Assembly: GCA_043228905.1 (NCBI GenBank)
Contig: JBHGNT010000016.1
Span: 4,526,001 to 4,590,000 of the forward strand
DNA: 64,000 nt
Source of the DNA: Azolla caroliniana
Taxonomy: Eukaryota; Plantae; Polypodiophyta
Reading direction: 5' to 3'
Shown: in pieces, positions 46,862-61,094 of the stretch
Position numbering within the stretch: the stretch's first letter is position 1
Layout of the letters: each line of letters starts with the position of its first letter
Position numbers and translations under genes: made by a program
The notes under the pieces: model-generated
The model's input: the letters and a program-made list of their open reading frames with translations, nothing else
Database searches by the model: none
What the model was told of the DNA's origin: nothing

Positions 46862-48098
46862 GTATGTCTATGTGTGAATGCAGATACGAAAAGAGGAGAC
46901 ATTACTCCAAAAAGGCTGATAAAAAGAAGGCATAGATAGAAAAATGCATAGAGGGAAAAACTGAGAGAAAGACAAAGAAAACAGAGCGTGTTACAACGAA
47001 AAACTGAACATGAGTGAACAGAACTAAGGCTGGAAAAACAGAGATTCGAGAAGAAGAGGTGTGTGAGAAAAACACAACAAAGCTTCTCCAAGAAAACAGA
47101 AACAAGTGTGAGAGCTCGAGAACAGGGTGATTGAGAGCGAGAACTCGTTACAAGTGTAAAGACGGAGATCTCGCGAGGTGCTGTCTGGACTACCCAAAAG
47201 AGTCACAACAACTCTTTTGTCCACTTGCAACAGGTTTATTTGTTCTGTGTTTTTGGTTTTTTTTCTATTGTTTATCCTATCTGGTAGGGTGAATATTGTA
47301 TCCAAGGCGGTAGCCTTGAAATATATGTGCATATCTCTAGAGTAAGCTCTAGAGGGTGTCAACACCTTGTATACTCAAAAAATAGTGAATTTGTTTCGGA
47401 ACCTAAGGTTCCCGTGGTTTTTCCCAATTTTGGGTTTTCCACGTTAAATCTCAGTGTACTCTCTCATTTTCGTCTTGTGGTTTCATCTATTGTTTATCAA
47501 GTGTTAATTGTGTTTGAAATTTTAATCATCCCGATTCCGCTCCATATTCCCATCAAGCAACTCCCACACCGTTAGCATAACCTTCAAAGAAGCCGCGAAG
47601 CTGAGGCTCTACTTCTCTCAGCCTCTCGGCAACATTGTGTTTCTTATCCCACTCCCTTTGTTCCCCTTCCAGCATTTGGATGAGAGTATTCATGACGAAA
47701 CGATGACCATCTTCCTGATCCTCTCTAGACAAGGGTTGAAGAACCTTGGTAGTTGATTGTATCACATTCATCACGATCACATCGTCATACTTCTTCACAT
47801 TCTTCACATTGGAATTCACAATCGCAACTAATTCTTCCATCAAATGATGGCCTTGTGCATTCTCACCTTCTCCACCATTGTTGGTAGGCATGAAGTTTGT
47901 GAATTTTTGCCAAATTGCTTTTCCAATATTACCAGGCAAAGTAGTCAATTTGTCACCGTCTCGAGGTTTATTGGCTTGGACGTCCAGGAAGAAGTTGGAG
48001 TGGTGCTCCCAAATAATTTATGGTAGACTTATGGGAATGGAGCGGAAACATTTTCGTGAGGTCTGAGATGCCATATTGATTCTTCACAGAGATGGGGA
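46419..48098 (-). pseudogene. VLIG/GVIN1-like GTPase, copy 4, distal segment (split by a solo LTR, C-terminus deleted)
   Basis: PISVKNQYGISDLTKM...KKYDDVIVMNVIQSTTKV...WDKKHNVAERLRE...YANGVGVA|NMLVSELERLL...CLDLHL, then a direct jump into 3' flank homologous to 18570-18790. Confidence 0.88.
46576..47555 (+). mobile_element. Solo LTR (980 bp), probably copia-type
   Basis: TGTTG...CATCA with 5-bp TSD AGCAA (46571-46575, 47556-47560). Removing it restores the GVIN frame. Contains the GTGGTTTTTCCC..GGGTTTTCCAC motif. Confidence 0.88.
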
Positions 48099-48301
48099 TG
48101 TTAGATTATAAAATAAAGCATAATATTAGAAGTACAAATAAAACATATTATGATAAATAAAGTAATAAATAATAATTCCTAAAATATCCCTCTTTTGTAA
48201 AAACGTTTTGTAACTACCCTCTCTTTCATATATACACATTGTAACCACTATTTATGTGGTGTGAGAAATACAACTATTGATTTCTTGATCTCTCTCTCTG
48301 T

Positions 48302-50053
48302 GTATGGGCTGAAAAAAGTGGTAAGAGAGCTTATGGACAAGCTGGCTTTCGGAAACACCATAGCACCATTGATCACCTTATCACCCTTCGAGTATTAATG
48401 GAGGAAAGTCGCCTTAAAGGTAAAGGTTTATATTGTTGCTTTGTAGACTTCAAGAAAGCTTTTGATATGGTACCTCATGAGCATCTTTAGAGGCGAATGC
48501 AAGAACTTGAGGTGCCAAGTGAATATATGCTTGCAATTTCCCGAATTTATGAGAAGGTTATATGTTGTGTGCGCATGAGAGATAAACTTTTAGATTTTTT
48601 CAAAAGCACTATTGGTGTTAAGCAAGGATGCCCACTCTCACCAACACTATTTGGTCTATGCATTGATGAATTGGAAGAAATGGTTACCAAGTTTGCAAAG
48701 GAAGAATGTGTTGAAGAAGTTGCCATTGGGAATGTTGTGATTATGCTTTTGCTATATGCAGATGATGTAGTGCTTTTTGCAAATACTTTAGGAGATGCAC
48801 AAAAGCTTATGAAGGCATTGGAAAATTTTTGCATGCATACTAAATTAAGTGTCAATATCTCTAAAACAAAGATTATGCTTGTGAAGAACCAAAAAAGAGA
48901 TAAACCATGCATTATGTACAACAATGAGCCACTTGAATGTGTGGAAAGCTTCAAATATCTTGGCCTTGAAGTTCCTTCAAATCATAGATGGAATGAATGT
49001 GCTACACGCCGCTTAGAGGTGGGCAAGCGAGCATACTATGTATTTGAGAACACATGCAATCTTGGAGATATTAAGTGTTGGGTCCTCAAGAAATATCTTT
49101 TCAACACTTTGGTGACACGGGTTCTTCTCTATGGGGTGGAAGTATGGGGCGGTAGCATCCCTAAATCTATGTGGAAAGAGTTTGAAAATGTCCAAAAGCA
49201 TTTCCTTACCAAGTTTCTACAAGTTAAGAAACAAACGCCCTACACCCTCCTCCTCCTTGAGACAGGATCGCTTCCCATTGAGATCATGGCCATGGAAAGG
49301 GTTGTTGAATACATGCTTAAGGTTCAAAAAAGTCCCTCACATCGACTTCCTAGAATTGCGTGGGAAGCAAGCAAAAAGATCCAAAAGACGCATAAAAGCA
49401 AAATTTTGTGTTCTGGTTGGATGCAAGATATAGAAAAATGGTTTGATAGATGGGATGCGAGACACTCGCTTCATGATGCATCATTAGATTCCTCTGTAAA
49501 TGAGGCATTTTTGCAACGCCAATGTATCATGACATGGGACAAATGTGGAGGCTCACGCTTCACACATTATACTACACATGTTGCACCTAACTACAAAACC
49601 ATATTCTTTGCGGAACGGGGAAATCGTACACTTCCATACATGTTAGAGCCCATACCGTTATTTGCCATTCGAACCATTGCTTCCATGCGACTTAGCTCAC
49701 ATGCATTGCGATGTGAAACAGGGCGTTGGGGTACAAGTGATGAGAGTGGTCGGCTATGCACTCTTTGCCCTAAACAAGTTCGCGAGTTTGAGTATCACAC
49801 TTTGATACAATGCTCTGCCTTTGATCATATTCGACCATGCTTTCCACATCTCTTCAATCGAGCCCAATCTTTGCATGAATTCCTCTCACAACCACAATGT
49901 GCACTCTCGATTGCAACATTCATTGGTAAAGTTCTTGAACATCGAGAGTCACTACTCACTTTCACACGTATCACGTGAAATGTAATATTTTTGGTCTCAT
50001 AGGTCATAGTTGACCTCCAAAGACGATAATATAATCTATCTATCTATCTATCT
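48302..50053 (+). mobile_element. RTE/RTEX-like LINE, 5'-truncated copy B, inserted in the copia B 5' LTR
   Basis: 493-aa ORF 48497-49978 with GVKQGCPLSP, LLYADD, FKYLG and a C-terminal CCHC-like motif; (CTAT)n tail; 14-bp TSD ATCTCTCTCTCTGT at 48288-48301 and 50054-50067. Confidence 0.92.
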
Positions 50054-52909
50054 ATCTCTCTCTCTGTCCCTGTTATCTTCTTCCTATTTCTTGTGTTATT
50101 GCTTGATTTCTTACATGGTATCAGAGCAAAATTATAGACATAAATCAAAACAGAAAACATTTTGTTCTTGGATTGATCCGGACGATCTAAGCAAGATGGA
50201 GTTCGAAGAAGAATCATAAAAATTGTCCACATCCACATCAAACAATCACCATCCTGCAAATCCATCAAGTATGGTAAGAAAATATGTAGTTGAAAAACTA
50301 ACTAACAATTACAGGATGTGGAAGACACAGATGGAGTTGATAATGGAGCGTAATAATCTAAAAGATATAATAGATGGTTCCATGAAAATGCCTGAACAAG
50401 AACCTCGGAAGAGCATATGGAAAAGCAAAGACCTCTATGCTAGAATGGAGATAATAATGCACTTAAGTGACGAGCAATCGATTATGTTCGAAATTTACAC
50501 ACAACAAATGAAATGTGGGAGTATTTGCAAAAGATTCATCAACCATCTGATGGGACAACTAATTTTTTTTCATTCAAATCATTAATGAATTTAGAAATGA
50601 AAGGAGGCGAACAAATCGACACATTTATAATGAAGTGGCAAAAGCAATTAGATACAACCATCTCTTCAGGCAATAATATTGATGAAATATCCAAATGTGA
50701 GATTTTAATGGGAGCACTACCAAAATTATGGATGACTTTTGTAAGTATTCATAGTGAAGACAAAAATCTAAATTTACAAAATTTATTAGCAAAGTTAAAG
50801 CAGGATGAACTACGAAGGAAAAGAACAAGTTCACAACACGAGGCTAGCCACATACATGGCCATGACAGCCTCAATGAGAAATAATCGAGGCAACTTTGCG
50901 AAGCAGAAATTTCAACGGTTTCCAAATAACCAGAAGTTTGAACAGAAGAACAAATCAAATGGAATGGGAGGCTTGACGATATCTACGATCACATGTAGGT
51001 ATTGTAATAAACAAGGTCATATTGAAAAAGATTGTAGAAAGAAGCAAATTATTTGATCTTAAAAGGAAAGGAAAGAAGTCTTATCCTCAAATTCATAGTG
51101 CATCAATTCAAAATGATAATGTGAACTATTGTGAAGAAGATGAAGACAATAATTTTATACAAGCTTTTACAAGTGATGCAAACGAAAGTCAAGTGAATCA
51201 AAAGAAAGGCAATGACAACCTTTGGTTCTTCGACATTGGGGCGATGCATCACTTAACAAATAACAGAAATCTTCTACATAACTATTGCCCCCTTCCACAA
51301 GCACTCCAAGTTACATCCGACGACCATGGCACAAAAGTCGCGATTGGCAAAGGGGAAATGCACTTGTCTCTAAACAAATCAAAGACAGTAAGCATTCGAA
51401 ATGTTTATTATGTTCCAGGTGTAATGAGAAACTTAATATCTGTAAGTGATGCAACAAAAAATGGAACAAGTATACAATTCAATAATAATTTTGCGGTTAT
51501 TTCTCATGAATTACCTAGTGGTGAGATGTTAAGAATGACTTGCCCCAAATTTGGATGACTCTACCCTTTACAAATGATGGACAAAACTCTTATACAAGCC
51601 CTCTTTGCATCAGGCGCTTCACACATTGATCCTACAATGCTTTGGCATCATCGACTCGGGCATCTCAACCCGAAGGCGATGAAGACTGGTTAAGTCCATA
51701 AATTATTTGAAGGAATTCCAACAAAGTCATTTAGCTATATATCTATATGCGTGGGATTGTCGACAAAAGTTTCCAATAGGCAAACAGAAAAGGACGGAAA
51801 GACCATGGTATTTTATTTCATTTATAGATGACTTCACAAGATTCACGGTCTTATATTTCCTTAAGAAGAAATCAGGAGCATACAATGCATTTACAAATTA
51901 CAAAGCATATGTAGAAAATCAATGTCAACTTAAAATCTCGACTATTCGTACCAACAATGGAGGGGAGTATTTTAGTGATGAATGGACGAGGTTTTGTGAA
52001 GAAAATGGAATAAGGCATGAGCATACTATACTAGAAAACCCACAACAGAATGGTGTAGCTAAGCGCAAGAATCGAACCCTCCTAGATGCATGTCGAAGTA
52101 TGAATCAAGTTGCCGGATTGCCTCTTTGATTTTGGCAAGAAGCAGTTGCCACTGCATGTTACCTGCAAAACCAATCACCACATAAGATAGCGGTCTTCAA
52201 ACACCATATTCACTTTGGTTTAAGCATAAACCTAACCTTGCTCATCTCCGAGTGTTTGGTTCAATTGCTTATAGTCATGTACCCATAGACAAAAGGAAGA
52301 AATTAAATCCTCACACAAGAAAATGTATTTTAACTGGATATGGTGAATCTTCTAGACTTAAAGCATACAAATTATTTGATCCACATACACGCAAGTTTTT
52401 CTAAATTAGCCGATCAATCATATTTGATGAGATTAGTGTACTTGAGCAACAAAAACAACATGAGGTACGCGATTTTAAACGAAATTTAAGGATTAATGTT
52501 TCCCAAATAGAAAATTACGGTGGTCCGATCACAAGAAGTTTCAAAATAAAAAACATAGAGATGTTCTAGCAAAAGATGAGGATGTAGGAGTAACTCATTA
52601 CTTATACAATAATCCGACCTACCCTAACAAGAAAGGATTGAGATCACCCTGCAAAGATTATTTACACGACCAAATAGGAAATGAAGACATACACAACATG
52701 TAGACCAAAGATCATGAAAAGAAAGATCATAAAAATCGCGAAACTTATAAAGATATATTGGTGAAAGATTTAGAAAAGGTACCTAGTAGAAGAGGAAGTC
52801 AATGGCGAACGAAAAATCCCGAAAGAAGACAAAATGAAGGTCTAGTCGAATTCATTAATTGCTCCCCCGCATCAACATCTATAATGAAGCTGCTTGAAGG
52901 TGAACATTT

Positions 52910-55900
52910 TGATAGATATATTACATAGACGTAAAACACAGATATACTGAGACACAAACAAAACGAAAAACAAGGAGCACACGATTTACGTGGAAAACCC
53001 TGATTTCAGGGAAAAACCACGATGAACAAAAATTTCCACTAAGAGATAAGACGAAATACAATCACGGAATGATAGAACCTGATCTGGTATGGATGTACTC
53101 TAAAACCACGATTTCAGCCGAGCGCACCAAACCCTAACTCATAGGTATCTATCTCCTTCGAAGCTTCCAAAGCTTCTCTGTTTGTCTCTCTTCCTTTATG
53201 TTGCACTCCTCTTTCTTCCTCTCACACTAAACTTTCGAGCTATGTCACTCACACAACCACTATTGTGTCAGCTTGTTGTATATTATTCTTTGTGTCACGC
53301 TCTCGCAACACGTTTTCACGCTCTTGCACACTCATGCTCTCACACTCTCAATCATAATAACTTTTCTCACTAGAGTCCAGTATATACATCCCTTCACACA
53401 CTTTAACACACTATTTTTACTCATAGTGATTTATCCCACATATAAAGGTAGCTAATGTCACTATGCCTATATATATACTAATCCAATGTTATGAATGTAT
53501 ATGTGTATATATTCATTTGAACTCCTCTTCGGCTGTTCGACACTTTTGGCTTTTTGGCCGATCTCGGGTCGGCTGTGACATGTCACGGTTCGGCTCTTCG
53601 GTCGAGTCCCCCGTAAGGAGGGACAATCTTACATAACAAATTCCCCCTTCACTCTTGTAGGGGGAGAGTCAACCAAACCAGTCCTTCGCCGACATGCAAT
53701 AAGTTTTTCCATAGATAAGACTTTGGTAAGCATATCTGATCTATTTTCGTCAGTATGGATCTTCGCTAGAACGAACTCATTTTCTTCCACTCTCTCTCGC
53801 AACCAATGATACCTTCTCTGAATGTGCTTCGTACGAGAGTGATAGGCAACATTCTTAACAAGATGGATAACACTCTGATTATCACAATGAAGTAAGAACA
53901 TTTCTTGCTTCATTCCTAGTTCAGTTAAAAAATCTCTCATCCAAATCAATTCTTTTCTAGCTTCCACTGCAACCATGTATTCAGCTTTTGTGGTTGACAA
54001 AGCCACAACCTTTTGCAACCTTGATTGCCATGACACATCTCCCCCTGAATAAGTCATCACATACCTTGATGTGGATCGGCTGGAATCTACATCACCCGAC
54101 ATATCAGAATCTGTGAAACCTTTTAACATAGGTTTCCCGGAGCCATATCTAAGGCATACACTTGAAGTACCTTTGAGGTATCTGAGTATCCATTTTATGG
54201 CAGCCCAATGCTCCTTACCAGGATTACTCATGTAACGACTAACTATCCCAACAACAAATGCAATGTCCAGCCTTGTGTAGACCATAACATACATTAGGCT
54301 ACCAATAGCCGAGGCATACGACACCCTCCTCATCTCTGTCTTATCTTTCTCAGTTTTCGGACATTGTCATGAATTTAACTTACAATTCACCGACAATGGA
54401 GATCCAACAGATTTTGCATTGCACATGTTAAATCTTTGCAAAACTTTCATCACATAATTCTCTTGTGACAACCATAGCATGTTTTTGGTCCTGTCCCGGA
54501 CTATATGCATTCCCAAAATCTGTTTTGCTGGTCCTAAGTCTTTCATGGCAAAAGCTTTGCTCAAAGCTTTCTTCAAGCTTGCAATCTTTTCAGCATTATG
54601 TCCAACAACCAACATATCATCCACATACAACAAAAGAATAAGAAAATCACCTTCATCATACCTCTTCACAAATACACAATGATCGGCTTGTGTTTTCTGG
54701 AATCCATGTTCTAGCATGGACTCAAACTTCTTATACCATTGTCGAGGAGCTTGTTTCAGTCCATACAAGCGCTTCCTCAACTTGCATACAAGATTTTCTT
54801 TTCCTTTCACCTCAAAACTCTCCGACTGCTGCATATAGATTTCCTCTTCCAACTCACCGTGCAAGAATGCTGTTTTAGCATCCAATTGTTTAATTTCCAG
54901 ATTCATACTAGCAACCATACTCAAAACAGTCCGGATGGAGGTCATTTTCACTATATCAGAGCAAAAATCTCATCAAAATCAACACCCTTTTTCTGTTGGA
55001 AACCTTTCACTACAATACAGGCCTTATACCTAGGTGTACTTCCATCTTCTCCAGTTTTTAGTTTGTAGACCCATTTGTTTCTGAGTGCCTTCTTTCCATT
55101 AGGCAGCTCCATCAGCTCATAGGTCGTTCTCATGCAAGGAATCCATTTCCTCTTGGATGGCATTATACCATTTCTCCTTATGTACATCGGTCATGGCTTC
55201 TTCATGGCATTTTGATTCCCCTTCATCAGTCAAGAGAATATATTGATTGGATGGATACTGAGAGGAGGTCTTCCTTTGTCTTCGTGGATATCTTCTTCCT
55301 TCAACAACCGATTCAGATTCGGTTTCTTCTACCAACTCATCTTCCGACTCAGATTCGTGTGCATCTATTTGCTGTTGAGTGTCGGCCGACTCAGATTTGG
55401 CTTCATCAGTCAACTGTTGTCTACCGATTGGTTGTGTGGGAGTGGGATCGACTAGTGTTGACTCCATAACAGTAGTCGATTGAGAAGACAACTTTGGTCT
55501 TTGTTGCTTCCAGTCTTCGATTGTCTTGTCTTCCATGAATATAACATCTCGACTTCTTATCACTTTCTTATCTAGGAGATCCCACATTCTATACCTGAAC
55601 TCATCTTCCGAGTACCCCAAGAATATACAAGGCTTGGACTTGCTGTCCAGCTTTGACCTCTGATCTTTAGCAACATGTACATAGGCCAAGGATCCAAACA
55701 CCCTTAAATGTTGATAATACACATTCCTTCCTGTCCACACCCTTTGTGGGACATCCCCCTTCAAAGGTACTGAGGGAGACCTATTTATAAGGTAGACAAC
55801 TATCAACATTGCCTCAACCCAATACGACTTTAACAATTTTGCATGCGCCAACATGCTTCTCACCCTTTCCATTATGGTTCGATTCATTCTCTCTACTAGA

Positions 55901-57944
55901 CCATTCAACTCAGGTGTCTTCAGCACCGTATACTCAAGTTTGATGCCTTGAGTCTTGCAATACATCTCAAATTGGCCTATATACTCACCACCATCATCTG
56001 TTCAGATAACTTTCAACTTCTGTCCAGATTCTCTTTCTACCCTTGCATGAAACTCTTTGAAGACCGACAACACTTGGTCTTTGGACACCAACACAAGGGC
56101 CCACACCTTTCTGCTGAAGTCATCAATAAACGTGACAAAGTATTGTCCACCACGGTGTGATGGGGCATCCACATAACACACATATGTGTGAACCAGTTCT
56201 AGGGCATGCTCTCTTCTCATCGGAGGCCTAGAGTGAAAGGTTGTTCTATTCTGCTTTCTAGCCAAGCAGTCCACACACTTTTCAAGGTGTATTCCTTTCA
56301 CTTCTGGTAGGAAATCCATTTCAGCAAGGATATGCATTCCCCTTTCGCTCATGTGCCGGAGCCTTTTATGCCACAACTCACCATATGAGTCATCCACTAC
56401 ATTTGCTTCATCTCGGCACAATTTTGCATGCATTACGTACAATGTGTTCTGTTTTTGAGCTTGAGCGACAATCAGACTCCCTTTACAGAACTTCCATGTA
56501 TCATTATGAAAACCACCACTATAACCTTCGTTGTCTAGCCGATATCAGCTTCAATCTGACATCCGAAACATGACGAACATCTTTCAACATTAACGTGCAC
56601 CCAATAGATGTTAGCAAACACATGTTTCCTATGCCCACAATCTTGCATTCACCATCATTTCCCATCCTTACGTAGCCGTAGTCACCGACTATATAAGATG
56701 AGAAACATTCTCTTTTAGGGGTTAAGTGGAAGGATGCACCAGAATCCACTACCCATGAGCACTCAACATTTGCAAGATTCACACTAGCTTGTTCACAAAT
56801 AAATAACATCTCTTCCTCACTAGTTGCAATGGCTGAGGTGTTTTTATCATCGGAAAATTTTCTGGGTTCGACCTCATCAGCCATGCCTTTGTCCTTTCTA
56901 AGGTGTCGACAATTCTTTTGGAAGTGGACAGGCTTCCCACAATAGAAGCATGTAGGTCTTCCTCTAGATTTCGACCTTGCATAAAACCTATCTCCATTTT
57001 TAGGACTTCTATGTTTGCTTCTTCCTCTACTAAGCTCTTGGGTCACATTAGCTCCCGATTTAAAATACTTGTCTCTTCATTTAAAATACTTTCTTCTTGT
57101 CTCTTCATTTAAAATACTTGTCTTTACTACTTGTAAAGATAGGTTGTCTTCTTTACATGAGATATTGAGTGTCACTATTAGGTTTTCCCAACTGTCCGAT
57201 AGAGTACATAGTAGTAGTGTGGCCTGCATAGCATCATCTAATGGGAACTTCGCTGATGCTAACTGATTCACTAGTCCCATGAACGTATTGATGTGCTCTA
57301 CAATGCTCTTCCCATCTACGTACTTTAGTCTCACTATTTTCCACATTAGGGAAGTTTTATTTAGGGCATTTTTCCTTTCGTAAAGAGCTGAGAGTTTTTT
57401 CCATAACTCAGGCATTTGTGTCACTTGCTACATGTTGTAGAACGCTAATGTCTACACACTGTCTTATGGTTGCAACTGCCTTTCTATTTAGAGTTTTCCA
57501 CTCAGATTCCATTACACCTCTAGGTATGTCTTCCTTTTCTATAGGCTCATACAGATCTTTGACTATCACATTCCCTTCCATACAGGTCTTCCAGTCTGAG
57601 TAGTTTTGTGAGTTTAGGACAATCATCCTCGGAAAGCCACTCACATTCCCTTCCATTTATAACCTATGCTCTGATACCGGTTTGATAGATATTACACAGA
57701 TGTAAAACACAGATCTATTGAGACACAAACAAAACGGAAAACAAGGAGCACACGATTTACGTGGAAAACCCTGATTTCAGGGAAAAACCATGGTGAACAG
57801 AAATTTCCACTAAGAGATAAGACGAAATACAATCACAGAATGATAGAACCTGATTTGGTATGGATGTACTCTGAAACCAGGATTTCAGCCGAGCGCACCA
57901 AACCCTAACTCGTAGGTATCTATCTCCTTCGAAGCTTCCAAAGC
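52910..57944 (-). mobile_element. Ty1/copia element C (Tnt1/Tork-like), nested antisense in copia B
   Basis: 3' LTR 52910-53638, PPT about 53639-53650, PBS variant CGGTATCAGAGC about 57668-57679, 5' LTR from 57683 truncated at about 57944. Fragmented gag-pol 57656-53629 with CFYCGKPVHFQKNC, WVVDSGAS, FIDDFSR, LYVDD and RTKHIQRRYH. Confidence 0.92.
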
Positions 57945-59077
57945 ATGATCAGTAAAAGCATGATCAACAACAAGAGAGGCATGATCAGCAACAGGAGAGG
58001 CACACTGAGCAGCATGAGAGGCGAAGTGAGAAGCAGAGGAAGCGCGGCCAGCAACACCAACACCTTGATTTGCAACAAGGAGGCAGTGGTAACAAAGTGC
58101 CAACGAAGAAAGAAACATCGCAGAGAAGGAGCAAGAACTCGAGTGGTGGAGCGAGTCCTTTTATAGCAGAAGACACCCTTTTGGAGCGCGCCAACTCTTC
58201 CTGATTCTCCAATTCAGAGCAACTAATTGCTCAACGTTATTCTTCACCCGATACTAACCAATTCACACCTATTTACACAAGCCAAAGTGTAACTAATAAT
58301 TCTCATGTGAACTTAAGTCACCCACATATAGGTTTCACACTAGAAGCATCACCTAATGTCAATTTTCTTCTCCACTCGACACTTTGTTGGGATTTCGGTC
58401 CCTCCGGATGGGATGTCCGGAGATGAATGACGGCAAGCCCGGAGGCTGTTACGGAACCTTAGGATCAGAGTACCCGGCATGAAGCCGAATGAAGAGTACC
58501 CGGTTACGGAGCCGGATGATGAAGACCCCGGCTACGGAGCCGGATGACAAAGAGAAGACCCGGCCACGGAGCCGGATGATGAATGTACCCGGAGAGAGAT
58601 CCGGATGCGGGGACATATTTGTGAATATGTTTGCCAAGGGCCCTTGTGGCTATATTTGTAAATAGCCCGAAAAGTCATATGTGTATAAATATGACTTAGG
58701 GCAAACAGTTTGTAGAGTTGTTGCTCATTTTTCTGTTTTTACTGAGAGAGAGTGAAGTGAGCAGCCGAGAGAGAGAGAGAGAGAGAGAAAAACGAAGAGG
58801 TCGTTGCCTCTGTGTAATACCGCCCCCTGAGGCGAGGACAGCGAGCTCAAAGTCGTTGCTTTGCAGCTCGCCATTGTATATTTCTCTGTGCATAGTTTTG
58901 GTTTGGAGTCTTGCACTCCCGTGGTTTTTCCCGCATAGGGTTTTCCACGTTATACCCTGTATATTCGTCTCTCTCTCTGTTTTTCCCAATTTTCTGCTGC
59001 ATTGATCCGTGTTGTCTCGGTTGTGGCCGAGAGGCGAAAGGTTTGATAACGTCAAATCCTAACACACTTACCCAACA
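57945..59077 (-). mobile_element. Partial LTR of another family, interrupted by a solo LTR
   Basis: Replaces the rest of the copia C LTR. Minus-strand TATAAAAGG near 58157-58165; ends ...CCCAACA at 59077, after which copia B sequence appears to resume. The left boundary is unresolved. Confidence 0.45.
58385..59064 (+). mobile_element. Solo LTR (680 bp)
   Basis: TGTTGGG...CCTAACA with TSD CACTT (58380-58384, 59065-59069); internal ACGGAGCCGGATGA repeats; TATAAAT; GTGGTTTTTCCC..GGGTTTTCCAC motif. Confidence 0.88.
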
Positions 59078-61094
59078 AATGAAGATTTTGATGATCAACC
59101 GCAACCAATCAAGCAAAACATTTCATAATATTTACAAAATTATGGAAGCCACACGTCCATTCGAAGCACTTATGGCCGACTTGGGATCGGAGCCTATTGA
59201 AGAGTTTGAAGATGATGATAGTGACATTCCACTTGAGGACATAAATCTAACTCCAAAAGCAGCCCTTAATGGTCCTGAGAGTGAAATGTGGAAGTCGGCG
59301 ATGCAAACGGAGATGGATGCACTCATGTGAAATGGAACGTGGACTTTGGTGCCATGACCGAAGAATCACAACGTCATATCTAGTGAGTGGGTACTTACGA
59401 AGAAGAAGGATGCACATGGTGTAGTGACGAGATGTAAAGCTCCTGGTTTTTCACAAATTCCTGGCGTGGATTTTAAAGAAACATTTGCTCTGAAATTAAA
59501 AATGGTTCCATTACGAACCATGCTCGCTTTTTCGGCCGGTTTTAATCTTGAACTTCAGCACTTGGATATCGAAACCGCATTTTTACATGGTGACTTAAAT
59601 GAAGAAATATTCATGCAACAACCGCCGTTTTTTGAAGATTCAAAATTCCTAAAGTATGTTTGTAAGCTTCATAAGTCATTGTATGGTTTAAAACAATCTC
59701 CACGAATGTGGCATCACAAGCTCCATATATTTCTTATGTCTATTAATTTTCGGTGTCTTCAAGCCAAGCCAAATCTTTACATTTGTAAAGAAGGAAGTGA
59801 CTATGTAATCATTGGTGTGTATGTGGATGATTTGCCAATTGCCCCTAACTCTACTACTTCAATGCGAAAGACTATAAATCAACTCAAGGAGAAGTTTCCC
59901 GTCAAAGATCTTGGACCACTAGAGTATTGTCTTGGTATCAAGGTAACAATGAATAGGACGGAAGGCACACTTACTATGTCGCAACGGAAGTTGGTCGAAG
60001 AAATTCTTCACAAGTTCGAGATGTCCGATTGTAAACCTATTGCAACACCAATGACCGTATCGTGCAAACTATCATCCAATGATAGTCCAAAGATCGTAGA
60101 AGAAGAGAAACTCATGAAAACACTTCCTTATCGACAAATCCTTGGAAGTATAAGGTATCTTGTGAGTTGTACACGTCCGGATTTGTCTTACTCAACTAGT
60201 TTTCTTTCTAGATTTATGCAGAATCCCGGAGTAGCTCATTGGAATGCTTTAAAGCGAGTTATTCGTTATCTACAATACACTAAAGACATAGGTCTAACAT
60301 ACAAGTATTTCCAATCTAGGAATTCGTCCAAACTTAATGGTTGGCTCCAAACACCATTAGTTGGTTGGATGGATTTCGATTGGGGAGGGGATCTTGATAC
60401 CTCCCGCTTAACATCTGGTATGGTTTTCACATTTGCCGATGGGGCAATTGCATGGAAAACCAAACGTCAAGTATTTGTGGCTCTTTCTAGCACCGAACCA
60501 GAATATGTTGTGGTGGCATTAACGACGAAAGAAGGATTGTGGATAAAGACGATCATTGAAGAGCTCGACATCATAAAGCTTAATGAAGTCAAAAGTATTT
60601 TGCGACAATCAATCATGTATTAAGCTAGCTATTAATCCAAAGATCACAGATCAAAATAAACATATAAGAGCACGACATCATTTTATTCGAGAGTTGGTAG
60701 AAGCAAAAGAAATGTCTTTACATTACACATTTACTACAACAATGTGGGCGGATTTTTTGACGAAGTCAGTACCACAACAAAAACATTGGAATTGTTGTAA
60801 TAAAATTGGTCTTCAGTATTAGTAAGATCAATAACGAAAAATAAACTCTTTTGGGGGGTGTTAGATTATAAAATAAAGTATAATATTAGAAGTACAAATA
60901 AAACATATTATGATAAATAAAGTAATAAATAATAATTCCTAAAATACCCGTCTTTTGTAAAAACATTTTGTAACTACCTCTCTTTCATATATACAGATTG
61001 TAACCACTATTCATGTGGTGTGAGAAATACAACTATTGATTTCTTGATCTCTCTCTCTCTTATCTTCTTCCTATCCTCTTGTGTTATTCCTATC

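Larger units (their letters stand above)
48099..61088 (+). mobile_element. Ty1/copia LTR retrotransposon B, host to a LINE, copia C and solo LTRs
   Basis: 5' LTR 48099-50115 (split by the LINE); PBS TGGTATCAGAGC 50116-50127; gag, zinc knuckle CRYCNKQGHIEKDC, protease WFFDIGA, integrase FIDDFTR, RT YVDD (59424-60623), RNase H to 60822; PPT about 60849-60858. 3' LTR starts at 60859 and is truncated near 61088. Confidence 0.92.
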
